Assembly: GCA_963677485.1 (NCBI GenBank)
Contig: OY781964.1
Coordinates: 992,001-1,056,000, forward strand
Source of the DNA: Armatimonadota bacterium
Lineage (GTDB): Bacteria; Armatimonadota; HRBIN16
Length of the DNA stretch: 64,000 nt
Direction of reading: 5' to 3'
Part shown: in pieces, positions 36,820 through 46,264 of the stretch
How positions within the stretch are numbered: position 1 is the first letter of the stretch
Layout: each line of letters starts with the position of its first letter
The notes under the pieces: generated by a model
What the model was told of the DNA's origin: nothing
What the model saw: only the letters and a program-made list of their open reading frames with translations
Database searches by the model: none
Program-made: the position numbers and the translations under genes

Positions 36820-39072
36820 ATGGACAGCCCCTTCTTCGAAACATATTTTCCTAATACCCCTGCCGACCAACTGGCCAAATGGCTGTGGGCAGGGCAAACC
36901 AGCTCACGCATCTGCAAGAGCTTCGAACTGACTGAGCAGCCCGTCAGCGCGCACCTCTTCTTCAGCAGCTTCACGTTGGGTGGCAGCGGCAGCTCCGACT
37001 ACGGTCTGAAAGCGGTCTGCAACGGCAGCGAATATGAGCCACTCTCTCCCCGCTTGTTCTGGCACATCAACCGGCCGATCATGTTCGTGCAGGATGTGGC
37101 CGCCATCTTAACGGTCGGTGCAAACAGCATCGAGTTGTTTGGTGAAGAGCGTCCACCCATCCACGGTCAGAAGCCCGGCAGCCATGGCCTGATGGCGGTG
37201 TTGATGATGGTGATGGCCGACGGCCGAACGGTCTGCATACAGACCGATGAGAGCTGGAGCGCAGAGCAGCCCCTGGAAATCCTCGGTGATGCCTGCAACG
37301 CCACGCCTGGCCCCGCCAAGGTGTTCCCCGGCCTCACCGTAGACGGCCCTGGTCTGCCGGAGCTCTACCCGGCCACCGTACCCGGCACCCCCGAGCAGCG
37401 GCTGGCACACGACTGGAACCCTCCCACCCGCATCGTGACCACCAACAACGGCGGCGGCGTGATCGCCGTGCAGAGTGCCTGCTGCGATGAGCAACCCACC
37501 GTCGACATCCTGCCCTCTAAAACGGATGAGAAGCCATGGGTGATCTACGATGCTGGTCAGGAGATCTGCGGCGGCATCCTACTGAACACCCTGGAGGGTA
37601 GTTCCGCTAAGTTCTATGTCCACCTGGCCGAATCCGTGGCGGAAAGCCTGGCCCCGGCCATCAACAGCCACTCGCTGACCGAGTTTATCGTAGAGATGGG
37701 CCCCAACAACCAGGTTTTGCTTGGTGAGGTGGGCTTCCGGTTCGCTCGTGTGGAACTGTTGAGTGCCGATGGCGCGGTTCGTATCGGGCCGATCATGTTC
37801 CGAAGCACCTACCTGCCGTTGGAGCAGCGCGGCAACTTCGAATGCAACGACCAGAAGCTGAACGACATCTGGAAGACCTCCGTTCGCACCGCACACCTCT
37901 GTCTGCAGACCGGCTTATGGGATGGTATCAAGCGCGACCGTCTGGAGTGGGCGGGCGACCTTCACGTTGAGACAGAAGTGATCTACACCACCTTTGGCGA
38001 CGCCACCGTGATCAAGGAGTCGCTGGACCATCTGCGCCTGGCGGGTGTCTGGCCCCGCAACGTGCAGGGCATCCCCGGCTACACCGCTTATTGGGCGATG
38101 GCATATGAGCTGGTGCTGCGCTTTGAGGACGACCGCGAGATCATCACCCGCAACCTTGAGCACATTATCTCCGCTGCACACTGGTTCGTCGATCAGTTTG
38201 GCGTGGACGGCCTTTGGGACCCCAAGGGCCAGGATCGTCCATTGATTGACTGGGCATGGTTGGAGCATGATGACTGCGTAAAGGGCACGCACTTCCAGTG
38301 GATCGAATCGCTGGATTGTGTCAGCAAGGTGCTGGCCTCCGTCGGTGAAATTGAAGTCGCCGCCAAATGCATCGCCGCGGCCGAAGCCGCCCGCGAGGCT
38401 GCCCGTAAAGCCTGGCTCGACCCAGAGACAGGGCTGTTCAGCAAACGGCAGCAGGTCAATGCCTGGGCCGTGGTGTGCGGTGCTCTGCCCGAAAGCAGCT
38501 TCGCAGCCGCTTCAGAAGATCTGAAGGAGACCCACAAGCGATGGGTCAGTCCCTTCCAGAACTTCTATGTGCTGCAGGCCCTGGCCTGTTTGAACCAGCA
38601 CCAAAGCGCGCTGGATATCATCCGCAACTACTGGGGCGCCATGCTTGACGCCGGTGCCACCACCTTCTGGGAAGTGTTCGATCCCCGCTGGGTCACCAGC
38701 CCTGCAGGTATCGAAGAGATGCCAGATCCGGCAGGTGACACCCACAAGAACCTCTGGACAGACGCTTACGGCGAATACCGCATCAGCCTCTGCCACGGCT
38801 GGGCCTCCGGACCTGCCACCTTCATGCTGGAGCAGATTTTGGGTGCTCAACCCGCTGCGCCAGGCTGGAAGAAGCTGTTGGTAGCTCCGCATCCAGGCGA
38901 CCTCACCAAGGCTAACGGCTCTGTGCCCACGCCGATGGGTGATGTCAAACTGGCATGGACAGTCAACGCCGGTGTGATCAACATCAGCGTCGTTTGCCCC
39001 GCCGGTATGGAGGTTCAAGTGCAGATACCCGATGGCCTTCAAAAGGGTGATGTAACGATCAGCCAAGCCTAA
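36820..39072 (+). CDS. Alpha-L-rhamnosidase (GH78)
   Basis: LN.IW, DGIKRDRLEW.GD, GATTFWE, SLCHGWASGP and VPTP.G. Confidence 0.9.
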   Translation: MDSPFFETYFPNTPADQLAKWLWAGQTSSRICKSFELTEQPVSAHLFFSSFTLGGSGSSDYGLKAVCNGSEYEPLSPRLFWHINRPIMFVQDVAAILTVGANSIELFGEERPPIHGQKPGSHGLMAVLMMVMADGRTVCIQTDESWSAEQPLEILGDACNATPGPAKVFPGLTVDGPGLPELYPATVPGTPEQRLAHDWNPPTRIVTTNNGGGVIAVQSACCDEQPTVDILPSKTDEKPWVIYDAGQEICGGILLNTLEGSSAKFYVHLAESVAESLAPAINSHSLTEFIVEMGPNNQVLLGEVGFRFARVELLSADGAVRIGPIMFRSTYLPLEQRGNFECNDQKLNDIWKTSVRTAHLCLQTGLWDGIKRDRLEWAGDLHVETEVIYTTFGDATVIKESLDHLRLAGVWPRNVQGIPGYTAYWAMAYELVLRFEDDREIITRNLEHIISAAHWFVDQFGVDGLWDPKGQDRPLIDWAWLEHDDCVKGTHFQWIESLDCVSKVLASVGEIEVAAKCIAAAEAAREAARKAWLDPETGLFSKRQQVNAWAVVCGALPESSFAAASEDLKETHKRWVSPFQNFYVLQALACLNQHQSALDIIRNYWGAMLDAGATTFWEVFDPRWVTSPAGIEEMPDPAGDTHKNLWTDAYGEYRISLCHGWASGPATFMLEQILGAQPAAPGWKKLLVAPHPGDLTKANGSVPTPMGDVKLAWTVNAGVINISVVCPAGMEVQVQIPDGLQKGDVTISQA

Positions 39073-39171
39073 GGGTAAGATATAGATAGCCGCACTGTGG
39101 CACGCAGAGGGATTTAGGTCCTTCTGCGTGCTTCAGTCATACTGTAAGGCCTTTAGGAGTACCGCTTCAAC

Positions 39172-42100
39172 ATGAAATACTCTGCTGTTCTTGCCATGAT
39201 AACCGCCGTGATATCTTGCCAATACCCACTGCAGGCGGATGTCATCAATACCAATCAAACTCCCCATGGCCTGGTCAATTTCCGCGGCTCCAGTGCCGAT
39301 TCATGGAACCTCATCGGTGTGGATGACCCACGCTGCATCGGCGTGGACCTTTACCTGACATGGAGCGAGATAGAGCCGACAGAGGGCAAGTTCAACTGGG
39401 CTGACTTGGATGCGCAGATGGCGCCGTGGATCAACGCTGGCAAGAAGGTGGCCTTACGCTTCAGCACCGGTGGTCACCGCGTGCAGGAGACTCCCGAGTG
39501 GGTATTTCAGAGCGGTGTGCGGCGCATCGTCTGCCGAGAAGCGCCTTTCTATGACTTTGAAACTGATGGCGAAATGCAGTTATCGCCTGGTACGTTGATC
39601 AGTGCCAATAAGGGCGATGTGATCAGCGGCAAGAACAGCCTGGTACTCACCGATGCTTCTGCCACACTTAGCACCAAACCGGAGCTCAAGCTGCCTCTTT
39701 CGGAGGGGATGATTGTTGCATTCGATGCCAAAATGGAGGCTGCCGGCAGCATCACTCTACAGTGCATCAGCGGAGACGGCACAAAGACCTATAACGAGAA
39801 AACATTTGACCTGAAGGCTGGTGAGACCCGTCCGCTGGAGTGGAACTTCACCACTCCGAATGCAGAGGGTAGCCGTTTGCTCTGGCGCACGAGTGCGCCG
39901 GTCAGCATCGACAACGTGCTGGTCGTCCGACGCTCCCTGCGCCAGTATACCTACCCGGTCTATTGGCAGCCAGAGTTCCGCCAAAAGCTCACCGACTTCA
40001 TCGGTGCCGTCGCCAGCCGATATGGGAACAACCCCAACATCCTCTATTTCAATATCAACGGAATCGGTCGCTGGGAAGAGGCGATGATCGACACCGGTGA
40101 TGACTGGCAGGACAAATCGGCCAAACGCCAATGGCTGGCTCAGGGCTATACCCAAAAGAGCTACCTTGAGCAAGTGAAGTGGTCGATGGACACCTGGCGC
40201 AAGGCTCTTCCGAAGGGCCCGCTCTGCCTGATGGTGGCCTATGCGATGAAGGACACGGGGGACGAATCCTGGAACTGGATTCGTCTGGCGGATGAAGCGG
40301 CTAAACGCGGTGTGATAGTGAAACAAAACGGCTGGAGCGGCAAGTTCAGCGAGTGGCACGACACCAACCAGTTTGGCTGGGTCGCTCAGCGCATGCGAAA
40401 CCAGGTTCCTCTGGTATATGAACCAGGCGGCGGCCCCAACGCTGGCGGATTGGGCACCAGTATGACCTACATGAACCAGGCGCTGCTGGACAGTCCAGCC
40501 ATGCTCACCTGGTATAGCTACAACTGGATTGATGAGCCTAACCAGGCTTCGCTGGATTTCGCAGCGGCGGCTTTAGGTAAGGGCGAAATTAGCACTTTTT
40601 ATAACCTGCTTCAGCCCATGGAAGACAGTTACGAGCGTAAAGGCAACTCAAAGCCTGTCAGCAACCGAAACCAGCAGTTCGGACTGATCCAGTGGGATGA
40701 CCCAGACTGGCTCAACCGCAGCTTCGGCGGCGGAGGGGGCAAGACGGTTTATGATGTGAAGGCGGGACAGCCCTGCATCCGCACCGATCAAGCCAGCAAA
40801 AACCCATATATTAACTTTGATATCGACGACCGCACGACACACCGTGGTATGAACGGCATTGTGTTGATGTTGAACTACTTTGACGAAGGTACCGACAGCT
40901 TCCGCGTAGAGTTATTCAACCGTCAGAGCGGCAAATACGAGCCCATCAAGACCGTCAAGAAGACGAACACAAGTGCCTGGACACGGGCCTATGTGACACT
41001 CCCCTGGTATGACGCGTTTGCACCAATGAATCCGCGCAACAACACCTGGAAGGATGTCAGAATCAACTGCATGGGTGACGGTGATGACGCATTCGCTAAT
41101 CTGCAACTGAACTTCGCACCCGTTCAAGGATGGGCCACGACATCGGAGCCGACCACTTTACAGAACACCGCTCCAAACGAATGGGTCTTGCGCACTAAAA
41201 TACCAGCCGATTTGGTGCATATCCCCGTTTCTACCCCGGACAACGGAGCCAACGCCGCCACACTTAGCATCTATACTGACGGTGTGCTGGTCCAACAGAA
41301 AAGCTTCAGCTACGTGGACAATGGGGATGTCTGGACACTGCCATTACCCCCATCCAACAGCACCGAATACACACTCAACCTGAAGGTGACGTCGGGTAGT
41401 ATCAGCCTGCCCAGCAGCTTGAGCGAGCCAGCTAAGGCCACCTTACTGAGGTATACCTCCGACGATCAAGGCTTGGTTCTGGATGATAAGCGCGATGGTC
41501 GTTTCAGAGCACGCAAACCCTGGCATGAGTTAGATCTACCACACAATGCTAGCGGTAGATATCAGCTGCAGCGGCTGTGCGGCGACGAGTGGCTCACTGT
41601 GGCTGCGTTCAACCTGCGCAAGCAAAAGCTGGTGAACTCTGCTCCAATGCCTGCTGGCCAGTACCGTTTGTTCCCGGCACTAAAGCCGGAGCAGATCAGC
41701 TATTTGGTGCCCCAGGTTCCAGCACCTGACACCGCAATACCCGAGCCGATTCCCGGCATCGTGCTGGCGAAGTGGAAGGGTCCCGAGCTGCCCTCATTAA
41801 GCGCGATCAGTCTCGAATCGCCAAGAGGTTTGAATGTCACAGCGGCAGACCGGCAGTATGTCCGACTGTCCATCCGCAATAACAGTGCCAACACGCTGGG
41901 TAAAGTCTATTGGCGGAGCGCAGACCAGGAGTTCGGTGAAGAGCGGTGCATGCCCTTCCAGTTGCTGCCTAACGACAGAGAGGTGCGCACCATCCGCCTG
42001 TTTGTGTCTGACAGTAAAGCATGGTCTGGCCAGATCGATCAGATTCGCGTCAGCCTGGGTGGCGATTGGCCAGACACGGGCATCATCAGCATCAAACAGA

Positions 42101-43398
42101 TCGCGCTGTGTGACAGCAGCCCTTTGAATGTGACCTGGACCAACACCGAAACATTTAATGCAGCCCCATTCGGCACCGATTATGCCGTGCGGAGTGGGCG
42201 CATAGAAGAGGACGACAAAAAGGCCGAGCGTTGGACGGCTGTGTTTACCGGCGATATGGCGCCGGGGCACTACGCAGCCGCTGAGCAGGAGTATCCCGAG
42301 CATCTCTTCACGGCTCCCTCACTTCCTGTAGAGCCTTCACATGACCAACTCATCAAACTGCGAATGTGGAATGGCACCAGCTGCCGTTATGCAGAGCTGA
42401 TGCTCTGGCCTAAAACCGGCGGAACCAACTGGATTGGCAGCCGCTTTGCACTGCCATCAGACGCTAAAATCTGGATGAACCTGTATGTGCCGGTCGGTCA
42501 GAACAGCGTGTGGCAATCGGGCGTGACAGGTATACGTGTGAGCTTCATCGATGATCGTGTGGGCACCGATCTGCTGGGTGAACAGCGTATCGGTGTGCAG
42601 CAACTCGCGGTGGTCTCTACCAAGCCGGTGATCAGTTGGAAGAATCTGAAGCCTCTCCAGAGCCCCATTAGGCTGCTGGGGCAAATCACCGCCACTGCGC
42701 AGCAGGTGCTTCAAGTCAGCATGACCAACACCACGGAACGCCAGAACCTGGTGGTGAGCTGGGGTAAGCAGAGCATCAACTGGCCGCTTTTGCCCGGAAA
42801 TCAGCCACAGACCGTCGTCATCCCCATCGGTGAACATCCGGCCTGGACCGGGGTTATCAATGACCTGAGCATCGGGCTGGAACAGGCCACCCTGCCATCC
42901 CAAGGGCTATCTATCGAGTTAAGCGAAGTCACACAGCAAGCTGAACACAAGGTGTACATGGGCGGCGACACCGCAGGATGGCTGCCAAACGAAAGCTTTG
43001 GAGAGCTGGTGGTCAACCGCAGCGGCGAGTTTAACATGAAGCTTCTAGCCGCCGGTGGTTCCATCAGCAGAGAGCTGGCCAAGGATGAAACCATCGAAGC
43101 CAAAACCGGGCAAGTGATGCGCATCAGACTGCGTAACGGCACCGCCGCCATGCAGTTGAAACTCTCATGGTACCCCGCTGATGCACGCCTTGCGGGCAGT
43201 ATTCCCGGCATCACGGTGCCCATTCTACCCAACAGCAAAAGCACCGACTATCTGCTGCCGCTGGGCGGTCTGGCCGACTGGAAGGGCAAAATCGCCGGAT
43301 TCAAATTGGAACCCTGCCTGGGTGCCAGCAAAGGCGACATCGGTTTGTCGATGATCCGCATTGAGGGAACCGCACAACCCGCCGATGAGAATGAATAG
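39172..43398 (+). CDS. Large secreted multidomain glycoside hydrolase (GH42/beta-galactosidase-like TIM barrel plus several beta-sandwich modules)
   Basis: Signal peptide, W.EIEP.EG.FNW..LD, TPEWVF, PVYW.P.F and GRWEE, followed by repeated R.RN.T/W.G.I..IR modules. Confidence 0.6.
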   Translation: MKYSAVLAMITAVISCQYPLQADVINTNQTPHGLVNFRGSSADSWNLIGVDDPRCIGVDLYLTWSEIEPTEGKFNWADLDAQMAPWINAGKKVALRFSTGGHRVQETPEWVFQSGVRRIVCREAPFYDFETDGEMQLSPGTLISANKGDVISGKNSLVLTDASATLSTKPELKLPLSEGMIVAFDAKMEAAGSITLQCISGDGTKTYNEKTFDLKAGETRPLEWNFTTPNAEGSRLLWRTSAPVSIDNVLVVRRSLRQYTYPVYWQPEFRQKLTDFIGAVASRYGNNPNILYFNINGIGRWEEAMIDTGDDWQDKSAKRQWLAQGYTQKSYLEQVKWSMDTWRKALPKGPLCLMVAYAMKDTGDESWNWIRLADEAAKRGVIVKQNGWSGKFSEWHDTNQFGWVAQRMRNQVPLVYEPGGGPNAGGLGTSMTYMNQALLDSPAMLTWYSYNWIDEPNQASLDFAAAALGKGEISTFYNLLQPMEDSYERKGNSKPVSNRNQQFGLIQWDDPDWLNRSFGGGGGKTVYDVKAGQPCIRTDQASKNPYINFDIDDRTTHRGMNGIVLMLNYFDEGTDSFRVELFNRQSGKYEPIKTVKKTNTSAWTRAYVTLPWYDAFAPMNPRNNTWKDVRINCMGDGDDAFANLQLNFAPVQGWATTSEPTTLQNTAPNEWVLRTKIPADLVHIPVSTPDNGANAATLSIYTDGVLVQQKSFSYVDNGDVWTLPLPPSNSTEYTLNLKVTSGSISLPSSLSEPAKATLLRYTSDDQGLVLDDKRDGRFRARKPWHELDLPHNASGRYQLQRLCGDEWLTVAAFNLRKQKLVNSAPMPAGQYRLFPALKPEQISYLVPQVPAPDTAIPEPIPGIVLAKWKGPELPSLSAISLESPRGLNVTAADRQYVRLSIRNNSANTLGKVYWRSADQEFGEERCMPFQLLPNDREVRTIRLFVSDSKAWSGQIDQIRVSLGGDWPDTGIISIKQIALCDSSPLNVTWTNTETFNAAPFGTDYAVRSGRIEEDDKKAERWTAVFTGDMAPGHYAAAEQEYPEHLFTAPSLPVEPSHDQLIKLRMWNGTSCRYAELMLWPKTGGTNWIGSRFALPSDAKIWMNLYVPVGQNSVWQSGVTGIRVSFIDDRVGTDLLGEQRIGVQQLAVVSTKPVISWKNLKPLQSPIRLLGQITATAQQVLQVSMTNTTERQNLVVSWGKQSINWPLLPGNQPQTVVIPIGEHPAWTGVINDLSIGLEQATLPSQGLSIELSEVTQQAEHKVYMGGDTAGWLPNESFGELVVNRSGEFNMKLLAAGGSISRELAKDETIEAKTGQVMRIRLRNGTAAMQLKLSWYPADARLAGSIPGITVPILPNSKSTDYLLPLGGLADWKGKIAGFKLEPCLGASKGDIGLSMIRIEGTAQPADENE

Positions 43399-43416
43399 TT
43401 GAGGAGATTGACCCAT

Positions 43417-45465
43417 ATGAAGCTGCTGATCAAAGCCTTGTTAGTCTGCACCGTAATGACGGTCTCCGTCTCCGCCTTCCCGCAGCGCGACATCAGCTCT
43501 GAGGTGCTGGTTAACAGCAAAAAGAGCGACACCAAGCCAGCACTGACCAAACAGCAGTTGGCGGCGCAGCAGATGTGGCGGATGCGCACCCGTAAATGGT
43601 ACATCGGCAGCAAGGACAGCGGCGCACTGCATGTGATGGGCAACGGCAAGATGGTCGCCTTCGGACGCGGTGCCGACCTCGCGGCGCTTCATGCGCCGCC
43701 CATCAGCTCCCCTTCGATGCTCAGCATCATCACTAAAACCAACGGTGTCACTCAGGATGATGCAATGCGGATTGATGGCAGCGCCATCTGGTCGCATGAC
43801 GTGACTTCAGGCACCAAGGGATTACTGAAGTATACGGAGTTCGTCAGCAGCGAGTTTTCGGCCTATGTGCGCATCTTTGAGTGCGCAAACGAAGGGGTGA
43901 AGTGGCAAATCATACCCGCCGAGAAGGCCAAAGTAACCAACATCACCCGCATCGCGAATTCCTGGCTGATCACCCTGAACGCGGGGCAGAAAATGGCCGA
44001 TGGCTTCACCCCCCTCACCAGCTACGCCTGGGTGATCCCGAACGGCTCCTGCCTGATTGAGATGACGCCGGAGGGCGAGCTCACTGTCACGCCCAAAACG
44101 GGCACGGGCTCGCTGGCGATCGTAGCCGATTCGGACTACCCCAGCGGCGTGCAGGCAGCAGAACGCATCGCCACCTACAGCGTGGCGCCGTTGATGCCCG
44201 CCACAGGCCGATACTGGGACCAGTTTACGCAGCGGCGGCTGGCGAAGATGGACAGCGTGAACCTGGACAAAGACGCCGCCAGTGTGCTGGACAGTGTGGC
44301 GGTAACCCTGAAGTGCATGCAGGGCGATGACGGCGGCGTGGCTGCCAGTGAGAAGTGGATGATGGCCGACACCCGCCAGCAGTACGCCATCACCCGCACG
44401 ATGCTGCTGCTGGGGATGATCGATGAAGCCCGCAGCATGGTCCGTTACCGAATAGACAAGTTTGCCAAATTCGGCGATCTGCGCAGCGGAGAGAGCATCA
44501 ACACCAGCTTGTACCGATGGCGGCACGAGAACGAGGACACGGATACCACCGCCTCAATCATCCTCCAACTGCGTGATTACTACCGCGCGACTCAAGACCG
44601 TGAGATGCTGCGCTCCGCCTGGCCGCTTCTGAAACAGTGCTGGGACGCGCAGATCGAGCAGGTCTCGCAGGGGCAACTGCCCTTCAACGGCGGAGAGCCG
44701 TTCATCCAGGACGGGTTCTACCCCCGAACCGGCCTGAACCAGGGCAGCAGCGATGCCACCTTGATGTTTGTGGAAGCGGGCAAGTGGCTGTGCGACTGGG
44801 CGGTGAGTGAAGGTTTTTGGACCGCCATGAAGAGCTCACAAAACATGGCGGTGGTCGAGCAGTGCCGCTTCCAGTGGCGCCTCTCGATGCTCAGTAGCAA
44901 CGTGATCTACGCCAACAGCGGAGAGCGTGAGGCCAATGTGGGCACACCGCGCTTCCGATGGGGTGCCTGCGATACCGACTGCGGCTTCGTGGGCTGGTGT
45001 GAGCGGGCGAGCAACAACCGGCACCTTTGCCCCGAGTGTATGCAGCGTCTGCTGCCTGCCGCCGAAAAGCCGCCCCGCACGGAGATCATGACGTGCTCAC
45101 TGCTGCCTATCTACCTGGGTAGCGATATATTGTTGGAAGAGGACGCGAAGAAGGTGCTGGAGCACATCTCTACCCTCAGGCTGAGCAACGGGCATCTGCC
45201 CACCGCCAGTAATAAGCAGGACTGTCTGAGTGCCGATGCCGGTCTGCTGCTGTTCAACTATTTGTATACCAACGACGCCCGCAGCACGGGGGCGTTCCAC
45301 CAGATGATGAGCCAGATGGATAACTCGCGCAACTGGCCTGAAGTGCTAAACAGCAGCCAGAACCCCCGGCCCGACACCGCGCGTCTGAGCAGCTGGAGCG
45401 ACGCCGTGTGCGCTGAGGCGATGCTGCGTTACATGCGCAGCCCCGCCAGCCGCCAAGCGGAGTAG
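43417..45465 (+). CDS. Secreted six-hairpin glycosidase-like protein
   Basis: Signal peptide, Q.DDGG, YYRAT.D.E.L...WP.LK and terminal W..A. GAGGAG RBS. Confidence 0.55.
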   Translation: MKLLIKALLVCTVMTVSVSAFPQRDISSEVLVNSKKSDTKPALTKQQLAAQQMWRMRTRKWYIGSKDSGALHVMGNGKMVAFGRGADLAALHAPPISSPSMLSIITKTNGVTQDDAMRIDGSAIWSHDVTSGTKGLLKYTEFVSSEFSAYVRIFECANEGVKWQIIPAEKAKVTNITRIANSWLITLNAGQKMADGFTPLTSYAWVIPNGSCLIEMTPEGELTVTPKTGTGSLAIVADSDYPSGVQAAERIATYSVAPLMPATGRYWDQFTQRRLAKMDSVNLDKDAASVLDSVAVTLKCMQGDDGGVAASEKWMMADTRQQYAITRTMLLLGMIDEARSMVRYRIDKFAKFGDLRSGESINTSLYRWRHENEDTDTTASIILQLRDYYRATQDREMLRSAWPLLKQCWDAQIEQVSQGQLPFNGGEPFIQDGFYPRTGLNQGSSDATLMFVEAGKWLCDWAVSEGFWTAMKSSQNMAVVEQCRFQWRLSMLSSNVIYANSGEREANVGTPRFRWGACDTDCGFVGWCERASNNRHLCPECMQRLLPAAEKPPRTEIMTCSLLPIYLGSDILLEEDAKKVLEHISTLRLSNGHLPTASNKQDCLSADAGLLLFNYLYTNDARSTGAFHQMMSQMDNSRNWPEVLNSSQNPRPDTARLSSWSDAVCAEAMLRYMRSPASRQAE

Positions 45466-45945
45466 GGACTTTACCCACAGATTACGCAGATTACGCCGAT
45501 TTGGGAACAGGCGTAGGGGCAATCCCCCTGTGGTTGCCCCAATCGGTGGTTGCCCAGAGTGATTGTCTGAACCGCGGATGAACGCGGATTTTGGGATATG
45601 CCAATCGGGAGATTGGCGTGCCCAGGCAGCCGGTTTCAACCGGCTTGTAAGTAACTGGTCGTAGGGGCGTCCCTTGTGGGCTTCCTAAACATAGTCATCG
45701 AGTAAACAACGATTAGGGCGCCCACAAGGGACGCCCCTACGACCGTATCCGTTACAGGATAGGCTGCCGGGTAGGCACGGGCGGGTGCTTTTCGGTTAAT
45801 GAGCCGCGTCCTTTAGGGCGCGGGGACACACGACCGCGGGGGTGGGCGCATGGCGTCCGGTCCCATCCTCTCCATTCGTGTCATCCGCGTAATCCGTGGT
45901 TCAGACACTCCGGGCATCGGACGAATGAGATGGATCGGACCGATT
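45466..45945. repeat. Dense intergenic cluster of REP and 9-mer repeats
   Basis: GTAG REP at 45513, inverted REP doublet 45657-45744, GCCAATCGGGAGATTGGC, AGCCGGTTTCAACCGGCT, and inverted TGTCTGAACC elements at 45564 and 45907. Confidence 0.85.
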
Positions 45946-45947
45946 CC

Positions 45948-46264
45948 TATGGCGGGGCAACCAACAAAAACAATCGAGGCACAAAACATATATGGCACCC
46001 AGTAAAAAATCGCAGATCCCGATGTCCTTCTTCGGATGGCCGCTGTATCAACCCGACCGAGCTCCGGTGGACAACACCTGGCGCAAGGAGCAGTTCCGCT
46101 TCATCGCACAGGAGGACAACCCGAATGGCGGCTTCCTGTTCATCCTGAATGAATGGAGCTTCGCGTTCATCGCTGTGCCAGGCGGTGATCTGCCCGGCAA
46201 CATATGGCTCAGCGGGCTCAGGTTCTATGAAAGCAACTTCGGCAAGCGGTCGCGAGAGAGATGA
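45948..46264 (+). pseudogene. Probable frameshifted N-terminal part of the downstream glycosidase
   Basis: MAGQPTKTIEAQNIYGT reads in one frame, QIPMSFFGWP...WLSGLRFYE in another, and MIPAS... in the frame of 46261. The junction has a GAGAGAG run. Confidence 0.45.
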
